From positions 1-61,140 of the forward strand of contig CAZXMM010000002.1 in assembly GCA_964641255.1 (NCBI GenBank): DNA of 61,140 bases. Direction: 5' to 3'. Position 1 is the first letter of the stretch, and every line of letters begins with the position of its first letter. This document shows, piece by piece, positions 54,112 through 61,140 of this stretch. The notes beneath the pieces are model-generated. The model had not been told where the DNA came from. It did not search any database and saw only the letters and a program-made list of their open reading frames with translations. The position numbers were made by a program, and so were the translations under genes. The DNA is from an uncultured Gammaproteobacteria bacterium (GTDB taxonomy: Bacteria > Patescibacteriota > Microgenomatia > JAMCZE01).

Positions 54112-55212
54112 ATGGTGATTGTTGATTTTGGAGCTGATTTAGTGGAGTTTGGTAAAACTCTTGGTTGGTATACCTCCCGGAAACTGCGTTTTTTGGGTGA
54201 TAATTTTGAAAGCGCTAAAGGTTTAGTGGTGGATATTCTCAAAGCCAGACGGGGGACCTACCAAAAACCCTTTTTGCACGTAGGAATGGTGTTTTTAATG
54301 GTGACAGTAATTCTGTTGGCTCCGATAATTGCGACAGAATATCCTAGTGCTTTTGCCGCCTCTGATTCTTTATCTATAGCTCCTCCTCCCTCCGCTATTT
54401 TAAGTGCCGCAGACATTACCAATATGGATACAGTGACAAAGGAGTCGGAAAAACCGCGTAAAGAGGTTTTAAACTACACGGTTAAAGGCGGAGATACTTT
54501 GTCTGGAGTAGCTAAAGCTTATGGTGTTGATGTTGACTCGATTGTCTACCTCAATGACTATGCCTCTGCCAACAAGGTGCTCAAGCCAGGTGATGTGGTT
54601 AAAATCCCACCAGTCTCAGGAGTAATTGTTAAGGTCAAATCCGGGGATACGATCGCTTCACTGGCTAAAAAGTATGGACTGGCTAGTTCCCAGTCAATTG
54701 TCGATTGGCCGTATAACGAGTTTGCCAATGACGAGACATTTGCACTTTCTGCCGGTCAAAGTCTCGTTATCCCCGGCGGCAAGGCTCCCGAAGACGTGCC
54801 GCTTAATTTGCCGGTCTTTAGGACGCCCCAGACAATGTTTGCTGGTGGTAGTGGCCAATTTGGCTGGCCCACTCAAGGGATTATTACTCAGTACTATAGT
54901 TCCTATCACAGTGGTCTCGACATCGCTAGTGGGATTGGTACTCCAGTGTTAGCTGCTGATGCCGGTAGGGTGGAATCAGTAATTTATGAGAAAGTCGGCT
55001 ACGGGATCCATATCATTGTAAACCATGGTAATGGCTTAAAAACCCTTTACGGCCACCTGTCCCGAGTTAGTGTCGCTGAGGGTCAAAACGTGGGTCGGGG
55101 AGATCTCTTGGGTGATATGGGTAGTACTGGCCGCTCCACTGGGCCCCATCTCCATTTTGAAATTATGTCCGCCGTTGGCGCACGGACTAATCCTCTTTCG
55201 TTTCTCAAATAG
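54112..55212 (+). CDS. LysM-domain M23-family peptidoglycan metallopeptidase
   Basis: Two LysM repeats (YTVKGGDTLSGVAKAYGV, VKVKSGDTIASLAKKYGL). M23 motifs HSGLDIA and GSTGRSTGPHLHFEI. N-terminal TM helix. Confidence 0.85.
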   Translation: MVIVDFGADLVEFGKTLGWYTSRKLRFLGDNFESAKGLVVDILKARRGTYQKPFLHVGMVFLMVTVILLAPIIATEYPSAFAASDSLSIAPPPSAILSAADITNMDTVTKESEKPRKEVLNYTVKGGDTLSGVAKAYGVDVDSIVYLNDYASANKVLKPGDVVKIPPVSGVIVKVKSGDTIASLAKKYGLASSQSIVDWPYNEFANDETFALSAGQSLVIPGGKAPEDVPLNLPVFRTPQTMFAGGSGQFGWPTQGIITQYYSSYHSGLDIASGIGTPVLAADAGRVESVIYEKVGYGIHIIVNHGNGLKTLYGHLSRVSVAEGQNVGRGDLLGDMGSTGRSTGPHLHFEIMSAVGARTNPLSFLK

Positions 55213-55214
55213 TT

Positions 55215-55288
55215 TGGTGGACCATACCGGAATCGGACCGGTGTTTCTACAATGCGAATGTAGCGCACTACCACTATGCTAATGGCCC
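55215..55288 (-). tRNA. tRNA-Ala: tRNA-Ala (CGC), CCA encoded
   Basis: Reverse complement folds as GGGCCAT/ATGGTCC acceptor with G3:U70, anticodon arm CTACA-TTCGCAT-TGTAG, T arm ACCGG-TCCGATT-CCGGT, ACCA end. Confidence 0.85.
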
Positions 55289-55330
55289 AACTAGTTTACT
55301 GATTATAACAATAGTTGTATTCTAGATTAT

Positions 55331-56806
55331 ATGTTTAGTGTGAAGCCTAGACGTTTGGTTGTTTTAGGGGCGCTTTTTGCTTTAGCTGTTTTGCTTGTAG
55401 TACTACTACTAACCGTCTTGCGGGTGCAAAACCGAGCGGCCACTATTACTCAACCCCGGGCTGACTGGATTGAGTGTAAAGATCACATCACGAGTGATGG
55501 TAAGGGCGACGAAAAACCGTTTTGTTTTAGTAGCAAATTAATAAAGTGTGTCGGGACTCCCGATCATGTGACCATGTATGTCCATGATCCTTGTCTCAAC
55601 GTGGGGTGCGATCCTGCTACTAATAAGTGTAATGCTAGCGCTCCCGTCTGTCCAGCTGATAAGGGTTATGGGGTTTGTCGTCCGGGGCGCTTTTGTGTGG
55701 AGCCCGGAGATATTGGTATCCCTGGTTGCTATTTGGATTATTGTGGTAAATCTCAGCCCGAACATACTATTTTAGCTGGCGGGGCTTGCTACTATGATGA
55801 CGAATGTGTTGCGGGTTTAGGCTGTAGTACTGCTGGTAATGGTACTTGTAATCAGGGTGTTTGTGAAGAAGATGCCCCTCCACCCCCTGGAGGAAATAAT
55901 GGTGGCGGTGGCGGTGGCGGGGGCGGAGGAAGTGGCACTACTACTACCACTACCACTACTCCTCCACCAGCCACTCCCGGTGACCCCCGGGGGTGTAATA
56001 GTAGTAGTCCGAATGATGTCTGGGCGTGCTACCAAAAGACTGGCAGTTGCAGTGGCAGCTGGGCCTGCCATGATAGTCCTGGATCCAGTGCCTGTCCCGA
56101 AGCCTGTGGTGGACTCTCTAGCTGTAGTAAGGATAAGGACTGTGAGAGTGGGGAAATGTGTAAGGACGGCAAATGTACTGGTAACTCCTGTAAGAGTGAC
56201 AGTGATTGTAGTGGAAATAAAGCCTGTATTGATGATACCTGTTACCGTCGGGGTCAAACCCACCTGGCCTGTATAGAAAATGCCTGTACCCGGGTAGTAG
56301 GTAAAGGTGACCATCAAGACGGTTGTACCAGTGATAGTGCCTCCTGTGTCACTCCCGTCACTACTCATCTCACCTGTGGAGTGGATAACACCTGTAGACG
56401 GGTGGAAGGTAGCGGGACTAGTACCTGTTTGTCAGAAGGGAGCGTCTGTGTCCAGAGAGCTACTTATCTGACTTGCAGGAATAGTACGTGTACTAGAGTC
56501 ATTGGCACTGGCACTAGTACCTGTGTGTCAGAGAATAGTGCCTGTGGGACTCCCACTGCTACCCACCTCACCTGTGGTACTGATAAGACGTGTAAACGGG
56601 TAGCTGGTAGTGGCACTAGCACCTGTAGTTCAGAAGGTAGTCCCTGTGGTGGAGTCAGTGAGTGTTGGGGAAATGAAGGAGTGGATGGCCAGTGCTACGA
56701 TGTCAATGGTGACTCTGTTATCAATATCCTGGACTTCTCCTGCGTCAGTAACCTCTGGTTAGCGGATATCACTCCCACTAGTAGTCCTAAGTGTGGGGGG
56801 AGGTAG
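55331..56806 (+). CDS. secreted Cys-rich modular protein: Gly/Thr linker, four-Cys modules, dockerin-like C-terminus
   Basis: N-terminal anchor LVVLGALFALAVLLVVLLLTVL. GGNNGGGGGGGGGSGTTTTTTTTPPP linker. THLTCGVDNTCRRVEGSGTSTCLSEGSVC-type units x4 (56258-56660). The end reads CYDVNGDSVINILDFSCVSNLW. Confidence 0.75.
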   Translation: MFSVKPRRLVVLGALFALAVLLVVLLLTVLRVQNRAATITQPRADWIECKDHITSDGKGDEKPFCFSSKLIKCVGTPDHVTMYVHDPCLNVGCDPATNKCNASAPVCPADKGYGVCRPGRFCVEPGDIGIPGCYLDYCGKSQPEHTILAGGACYYDDECVAGLGCSTAGNGTCNQGVCEEDAPPPPGGNNGGGGGGGGGGSGTTTTTTTTPPPATPGDPRGCNSSSPNDVWACYQKTGSCSGSWACHDSPGSSACPEACGGLSSCSKDKDCESGEMCKDGKCTGNSCKSDSDCSGNKACIDDTCYRRGQTHLACIENACTRVVGKGDHQDGCTSDSASCVTPVTTHLTCGVDNTCRRVEGSGTSTCLSEGSVCVQRATYLTCRNSTCTRVIGTGTSTCVSENSACGTPTATHLTCGTDKTCKRVAGSGTSTCSSEGSPCGGVSECWGNEGVDGQCYDVNGDSVINILDFSCVSNLWLADITPTSSPKCGGR

Positions 56807-56842
56807 AAAGCCTAGCAAGTCTTTTGTATAATCAGGTAACAG

Positions 56843-56915
56843 GGGCCCGTGGTGAACCGGCTTATCACGTCGCTATGGCATAGCGGAGTAGGGGGATCGT
56901 CCCCCCCCGGGTCCA
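56843..56915 (+). tRNA. tRNA-Ala: tRNA-Ala (GGC) with a non-canonical T-loop
   Basis: GGGCCCG/CGGGTCC acceptor with G3:U70, anticodon arm TCGCT-ATGGCAT-AGCGG, T arm GGGGG-ATCGTCC-CCCCC, 4-nt variable region. Needs covariance-model confirmation. Confidence 0.65.
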
Positions 56916-57038
56916 CAACGGTCCAAATTTTGTTCCACGAGAGGACGGGCAAGTGGTAACTAGCAACTGCTGCACTTCGGAGTAGACTGTACCGAACTTA
57001 TCAAATCTCTAAAAATATCCTATAATATACATTAATAT

Positions 57039-58043
57039 ATGGCCAGATATCCGATTCCTCGAAGAACGTTCAACAGGTGGGCTTTTCTATCTCTTGCTGC
57101 CGGACTAACTGCTAGCTGTGCGGCCGGAGAGCAAGCTCCTGTAGTCAACCCGGAAAATATGGTTTTTGCAAGTAAGATGGCCGAGCTAGTTGGTGTTGAT
57201 CCAACAATGCCAGTAGATAGGTTGACTAGTATAGTGTTTGCTAGAACTTATTTAGATCCGCTTACTAAACAAGTGGGAGTAAAGCAGGACATAGGCCAAT
57301 TTACAACCGACAAGAGTAGACAAAGAGTACGTGTTCAACTCACTGATGCGGGTCAAATATTTTACCCTGATTTTCAGAAACCGTTCCCTTTGAGGAATTT
57401 TTCTGCCCCGGCAGAGCCTAGTATTGTGGCGTTTAGTGAGTCTGGCGTGGTTGATTATAAAGGGCTAAATACTAAACCTGATGGCATTAAGGTCCTTGGT
57501 ATCTTTTATGGCACTCCTGGTGCTATTGGAAGGATAGCAGCTAATGAAAGCATTATAAAAAAACATTTAGCTGATATAGCTGCGAGAACAAAGGCGGAGT
57601 TGGATGTAACTCACTATAGTCTCATGCCATCAACTCGGTTTCATACCTTTATCGATGTGGGGGGGACACAACCGGTGAATCCTGAGATACAGCCGGCCGC
57701 TAATCGACCGACTTGGGATACTCAGCGGGGAGTGGTGACTAGACATGACACGGTTTATATGGCTGATATGACTCTACGAGAAGGGGATGCAATTGGAATG
57801 TCCTATGCAGCGATTCAAATACAGAATGAGGCTAACGAACAAGTAAATAAATGGGCTAACCAACATGATTTGACACGGAAGACTGGTATGACTAACAAGA
57901 AGGGGGACGAGGGTCCGAGTTCACTTTTGGGATTAGCTTCTATGTTTAGCCCTGATTGGCAGAGGGTGCTCCTAGGGGAGAACTTTAAGCCGTTTGTAGA
58001 CATACTGGCAAAAGAAGTAACAATTTTGGAAAAAGCATCCTAG
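57039..58043 (+). CDS. putative Tat-signal lipoprotein, unknown function
   Basis: PRRTFNRWAFLSLAAGLTASC combines a twin-arginine motif with a lipobox-like LTASC. Confidence 0.5.
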   Translation: MARYPIPRRTFNRWAFLSLAAGLTASCAAGEQAPVVNPENMVFASKMAELVGVDPTMPVDRLTSIVFARTYLDPLTKQVGVKQDIGQFTTDKSRQRVRVQLTDAGQIFYPDFQKPFPLRNFSAPAEPSIVAFSESGVVDYKGLNTKPDGIKVLGIFYGTPGAIGRIAANESIIKKHLADIAARTKAELDVTHYSLMPSTRFHTFIDVGGTQPVNPEIQPAANRPTWDTQRGVVTRHDTVYMADMTLREGDAIGMSYAAIQIQNEANEQVNKWANQHDLTRKTGMTNKKGDEGPSSLLGLASMFSPDWQRVLLGENFKPFVDILAKEVTILEKAS

Positions 58044-58202
58044 AGGTAGTCTTTAAGTAGTAATTTTTGGTAACTTAGGTTATAATCCCTCTTACCAGTT
58101 CGGAAGCCTCAGTTTAGTAACCCTTTTCCTGGAATTCCAGGTAAGACAATAGAAAGTGGAGGATAACCCTGGAATTCAACTACGGAGGAGGTGTATTCAT
58201 AA

Positions 58203-58568
58203 ATGGATCAAAATTCAAATTCAGGCAATTTCTCAGACCAAAATCTAACCTGTCGCGACTGTGGAAACGCATTCGTTTGGACCGCATCGGAACAAGATTT
58301 CTATGCGCAAAAAGGTTTTGGTAACGCTCCTGTTCGTTGTCCTTCCTGCAGAGCTGCCAAAAAAGCAGCTATGGGTGGAGGTGGCGGTGGTGGGATGCGT
58401 GGAGGCGGTGGCTACAGTCAAGGCCCACGGCAAATGTTTGATGCTACTTGCAGCAACTGCGGCAAGCCGTGTCAAGTGCCGTTCCAACCACGACTCGACC
58501 CAACTACCAACCAACCAGTCAAGCCAATTTATTGCAACGACTGTTACCGGCAAATGAAAGGAAATTAA
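58203..58568 (+). CDS. zinc-ribbon protein (CxxC...CxxC, two copies)
   Basis: CRDCGNAFVWTASEQDFYAQKGFGNAPVRCPSCR and CSNCGKPCQVPF...IYCNDCY, separated by a Gly-rich linker. Confidence 0.6.
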   Translation: MDQNSNSGNFSDQNLTCRDCGNAFVWTASEQDFYAQKGFGNAPVRCPSCRAAKKAAMGGGGGGGMRGGGGYSQGPRQMFDATCSNCGKPCQVPFQPRLDPTTNQPVKPIYCNDCYRQMKGN

Positions 58569-58591
58569 TTTTTCTCTAGTTTGTTAACAAA

Positions 58592-58621
58592 AAGGCTCTC
58601 TAGAAATAGAGAGCCTTTTTA
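58592..58621 (+). terminator. intrinsic terminator
   Basis: AAGGCTCTCT-agaaat-AGAGAGCCTT followed by TTTT. Confidence 0.65.
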
Positions 58622-58748
58622 CTGGTGAAAATTATATTTTGAAACCAATAATTACTCACTTAAGCATTGACATACAATGATAAAAAGCTGCATACTGAAT
58701 ATGTTTGTGAAAATTCTATGCACCAGCAATAATTGAAGCTAAAATTCT

Positions 58749-61140
58749 ATGCAAGCTGCCCACAATTTAGTTTCCATCGGGGAAGCCAAAAAACTCCTAG
58801 GTATCAGTATTGATACTCTCAGGCGTTGGGAAAAGAAGGGTCTGGTTAAAGCACTTAGAAGTAGTGGGGGGCACAGACGTTATCCAAAAGCGGAACTACT
58901 GCGTCTTAAAAACAAACAAACTTCAGCTGTTGCCACTACGACAGAACTTGAGTTTGAACCGATAAGAAAACTGGCGGCAGATTTAGTCAATCCGCAAGCT
59001 CCAGTTCTTTCTGATAGTTTCAACTCTGCCAGGGAATATCTGAGTAGTCAGGCGATGAAACCGTTTGCACCGATAGCTCCAAACGAGACTCCAATTGTTA
59101 ACAATCCTGTCAATCGGCTCAAATTGTCCTCACTAATTCTAGCTGGAGCTGTAGCACTGGCGACTTTTCTGATCGCGGTACTGGTTTTTCCCCTGAGGGA
59201 AAAACCACCGCCACCTAGTACTAAAGTAGCCCGCCAAGTGTTGGCTGCTACTACTGCCAGGCCAGAGCTAACAATTGATACCGATACCGCCATTAACGGC
59301 AGCCTTGTGGTTAATGGCGCTACTATTAGCGCTTTACCCCAAGGGCTGACCCCCACTGACACTCCTAGTTTTGCTTCCCTGATTTTAACGGCTCCGACCA
59401 ACCAGATTGTCGTCAACGACTACAGTCTAACTATTGATGCTTCGGGGACACTAGCCCTGGTGGCAGCCACCCAGACACTGACTAACAAAACCTTATCTGG
59501 TAGTAGCAATACCTTCACTAACATTCCTAATGCCGCCTTAGAAAATGCTACGATCACTATCAATACCTCTGGTAACCTATCGGGTGGTGGGGAGGTGGAG
59601 CTTGGGGATAGTCTAGATTTGAGTCTGACCTCAAGTCCAACTTTTACTAGCCTGACTGTCTCAGGAACTAGTACCTTGGGAAGTGTGAGTTTAAATAGTG
59701 CCACGGTCTCGGGTAGTTTTGGAATCGGTGGAGTAGCCAGTTTGTCTGGAGGATTAACTTTTGACGGAACCGCGCAAATTGATGCCACTAACAATCGCCC
59801 ACTCCGTTTAGGGTTTAATACAACTGGCGCGATCCAATTTTTAAACTCCAGTAACTATATTGATAGTTCTGGCAATTTTTACCTTAACGGTATCATAGTA
59901 GCCAATTCCTCTGGTTTAGTAGTGTCACAATATTTTCAGAGAACTAATGGACTGTTGACTCCGAGCATCTTAACCGACTCGCTAAATTTGGGAACCACCG
60001 CCTCAAGTTCAGCTCTGACCCATCTGGCTGCTATCAGTTCAGACAATACCTTCTTTATGAATCTCTTGGGGATTGGAACCAGGTCACCCCAGGCATCATT
60101 GCATGTTCTGGGTCAGTCCGGAGTTCTTCCTGTTGCCAGTATTGCAGGCAGCACAACGCGAGCGGCTTTGGTGGTCGATAATTCTGTCGGCGACCTTTTC
60201 ACCGCCTCTTCCTCGGGATTATCAAGATTCGTAATTACCCAGAATGGGAATGTAGGACTGGGTACAACCTATCCGGTAGCTCCTTTCCATCAGTATGTCC
60301 CAGATGGCAATTCAAGTTCAATTATATTTCGTGTTGATGATGAAGTATCTGACTCAACGAGTTTTGTTATAAATGACAACGGAAATGTAGGCATAGGGAC
60401 AGTAACCCCAAGTTACAAATTGGCGGTAGTTGGATCTGGAGATGCTCTCTATTCTTATTCCGATGTTGGACGGTCGATTTTGGGGGTTAGTTTTAGTGGG
60501 GATGCGATTTACGGTAATAGTAATATTGGTTGGTCGGGATACTTTGTTGGAAAGACCTATATAGGTGGGAATTTGGCTGTGGGAACTACCTCGCCACTGG
60601 GAAGACTAGATATTCGTAGTAGTTTAGGAACTGTTCCTATCGCTACATTGTCTGGAAGCACTGCCCACGCGGCTTTGGTGGTCGATAATTCTGTCGGCGA
60701 CCTTTTCACCGCCTCTTCTTCGGGCTTGTCCAGGTTTACAATTACTCAAGGCGGCAATGTGCTTCCGGGTCTTAATGACTTGCAAGATCTTGGGTCCAAT
60801 AGTTTGCGGTGGCAGGATCTCTATCTTGGTCCGGGGAGTCTCCACGTGGGGACATCAACTAGTGACGAAGGCCTCATAACGTATAACACTACTACAAACG
60901 ATACCCATATTTCCAGTACTGGGGATTTAGTTTTGCAAGGATCGGGGGGCAATGTGGGGATTAATATTGCCACGCCCTCAGCGAGTTTAGAGATTCAGTC
61001 AGCGAATGTGGCAATACCAGCTCTTCAGCTGCGGGCGGCAGTGGGCCAAACGGCCAATTTGTTCAATTGGACCGATTCCAGCGGTAACGTCCAAGGCTAC
61101 GTCAACTCTGCTGGTCAGCTTATTCTCGCTAACTCCCAAA
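58749..61140 (+). CDS. HTH - TM helix - long fibre-like repeat protein (3' end beyond the window)
   Basis: Open frame from ATG 58749 to the window end, checked codon by codon. MerR/excisionase-type HTH IGEAKKLLGISIDTLRRWEKKGLVKALRSSGGHRRY. TM helix LSSLILAGAVALATFLIAVLVF. Then Ser/Thr/Gly/Asn-rich repeats with GNVGLGTT, GNVGIGTVTPSYKLAV and LGSNSLRWQDLYLG, which are tail-fibre-like. Confidence 0.7.
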   Translation, partial: MQAAHNLVSIGEAKKLLGISIDTLRRWEKKGLVKALRSSGGHRRYPKAELLRLKNKQTSAVATTTELEFEPIRKLAADLVNPQAPVLSDSFNSAREYLSSQAMKPFAPIAPNETPIVNNPVNRLKLSSLILAGAVALATFLIAVLVFPLREKPPPPSTKVARQVLAATTARPELTIDTDTAINGSLVVNGATISALPQGLTPTDTPSFASLILTAPTNQIVVNDYSLTIDASGTLALVAATQTLTNKTLSGSSNTFTNIPNAALENATITINTSGNLSGGGEVELGDSLDLSLTSSPTFTSLTVSGTSTLGSVSLNSATVSGSFGIGGVASLSGGLTFDGTAQIDATNNRPLRLGFNTTGAIQFLNSSNYIDSSGNFYLNGIIVANSSGLVVSQYFQRTNGLLTPSILTDSLNLGTTASSSALTHLAAISSDNTFFMNLLGIGTRSPQASLHVLGQSGVLPVASIAGSTTRAALVVDNSVGDLFTASSSGLSRFVITQNGNVGLGTTYPVAPFHQYVPDGNSSSIIFRVDDEVSDSTSFVINDNGNVGIGTVTPSYKLAVVGSGDALYSYSDVGRSILGVSFSGDAIYGNSNIGWSGYFVGKTYIGGNLAVGTTSPLGRLDIRSSLGTVPIATLSGSTAHAALVVDNSVGDLFTASSSGLSRFTITQGGNVLPGLNDLQDLGSNSLRWQDLYLGPGSLHVGTSTSDEGLITYNTTTNDTHISSTGDLVLQGSGGNVGINIATPSASLEIQSANVAIPALQLRAAVGQTANLFNWTDSSGNVQGYVNSAGQLILANSQ

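Noticed and set aside
55893-55965. GGT/GGC and ACT/ACC codon runs considered as a slipped-strand phase-variation tract
   Set aside because: The runs are imperfect mixed-codon runs encoding a Gly/Thr linker. Any slippage would be in frame.
55538-56368. ORFs 55538..55765(-), 55578..55775(+), 55817..56368(-) and 55839..56276(+) overlapping 55331..56806
   Set aside because: Shadow frames of a Gly/Thr/Cys-rich gene.
59048-59794. Minus-strand ORFs of 122 and 124 aa
   Set aside because: They are antisense to the long open + frame (58749 to the window end), which has clear HTH, TM and repeat architecture.
45391-61140. Diversity-generating retroelement targeting the repeat proteins
   Set aside because: There is no reverse transcriptase ORF and no template/variable repeat pair with adenine-specific mismatches. 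The only long exact repeat (60162/60669) is an in-gene duplication.

Overview
This 61-kb window looks like a streamlined, CPR/Patescibacteria-like (Microgenomates-type) bacterial chromosome segment. That placement comes from gene content and rRNA architecture only; no database search was possible. TGA is used as a stop codon, so the standard bacterial code applies.

Main content:
- An 'exploded' rRNA operon, all on the + strand. The 16S gene (8030-11055) carries two intervening sequences with LAGLIDADG ORFs and has its own terminator. tRNA-Ile(GAU) lies 9 kb downstream. tRNA-Ala(UGC), 23S (31650-35937) and 5S (36016-36141) lie 20 kb downstream of the 16S. The 23S has one ORF-bearing and one ORF-less group I intron.
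- Five tRNAs: Cys, Ile and three Ala isoacceptors.
- Housekeeping genes: rpsA, rho, radA, mltG, a Clp/Hsp100-like ATPase, an aldehyde dehydrogenase, PGI/PMI, a thermonuclease, a LysM-M23 peptidase and two GT2 glycosyltransferases.
- A translationally coupled three-part ATP-citrate-lyase / citryl-CoA synthetase-lyase-like operon (40961-44049).
- Many membrane-anchored or secreted hypothetical proteins.

The most unusual signal is a roughly 30-residue four-cysteine module. It is iterated about twenty times across five secreted proteins (1-649, 4311-6071, 45391-47397, 50552-52525, 55331-56806). In these proteins it is combined with PKD-like, cohesin-like and dockerin-like parts and an LPXTG-like signal, and a DsbA-type oxidoreductase is encoded nearby.

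Other points worth follow-up:
- A hybrid pgi-5'/trmB-3' mini-ORF marking a three-copy recombination core.
- A protein with an HTH, a TM helix and a fibre-like ectodomain, running off the window end.
- A membrane-anchored Clp ATPase with a degenerate first nucleotide-binding domain.
- A PI3/4-kinase-like large protein.
- Near-consensus promoters followed by hairpin and U-tract leaders ahead of both rRNA loci.
- tRNAs with C instead of U at T-loop position 55.

All functional calls come from motif recognition by eye. Start codons and RNA ends are approximate.
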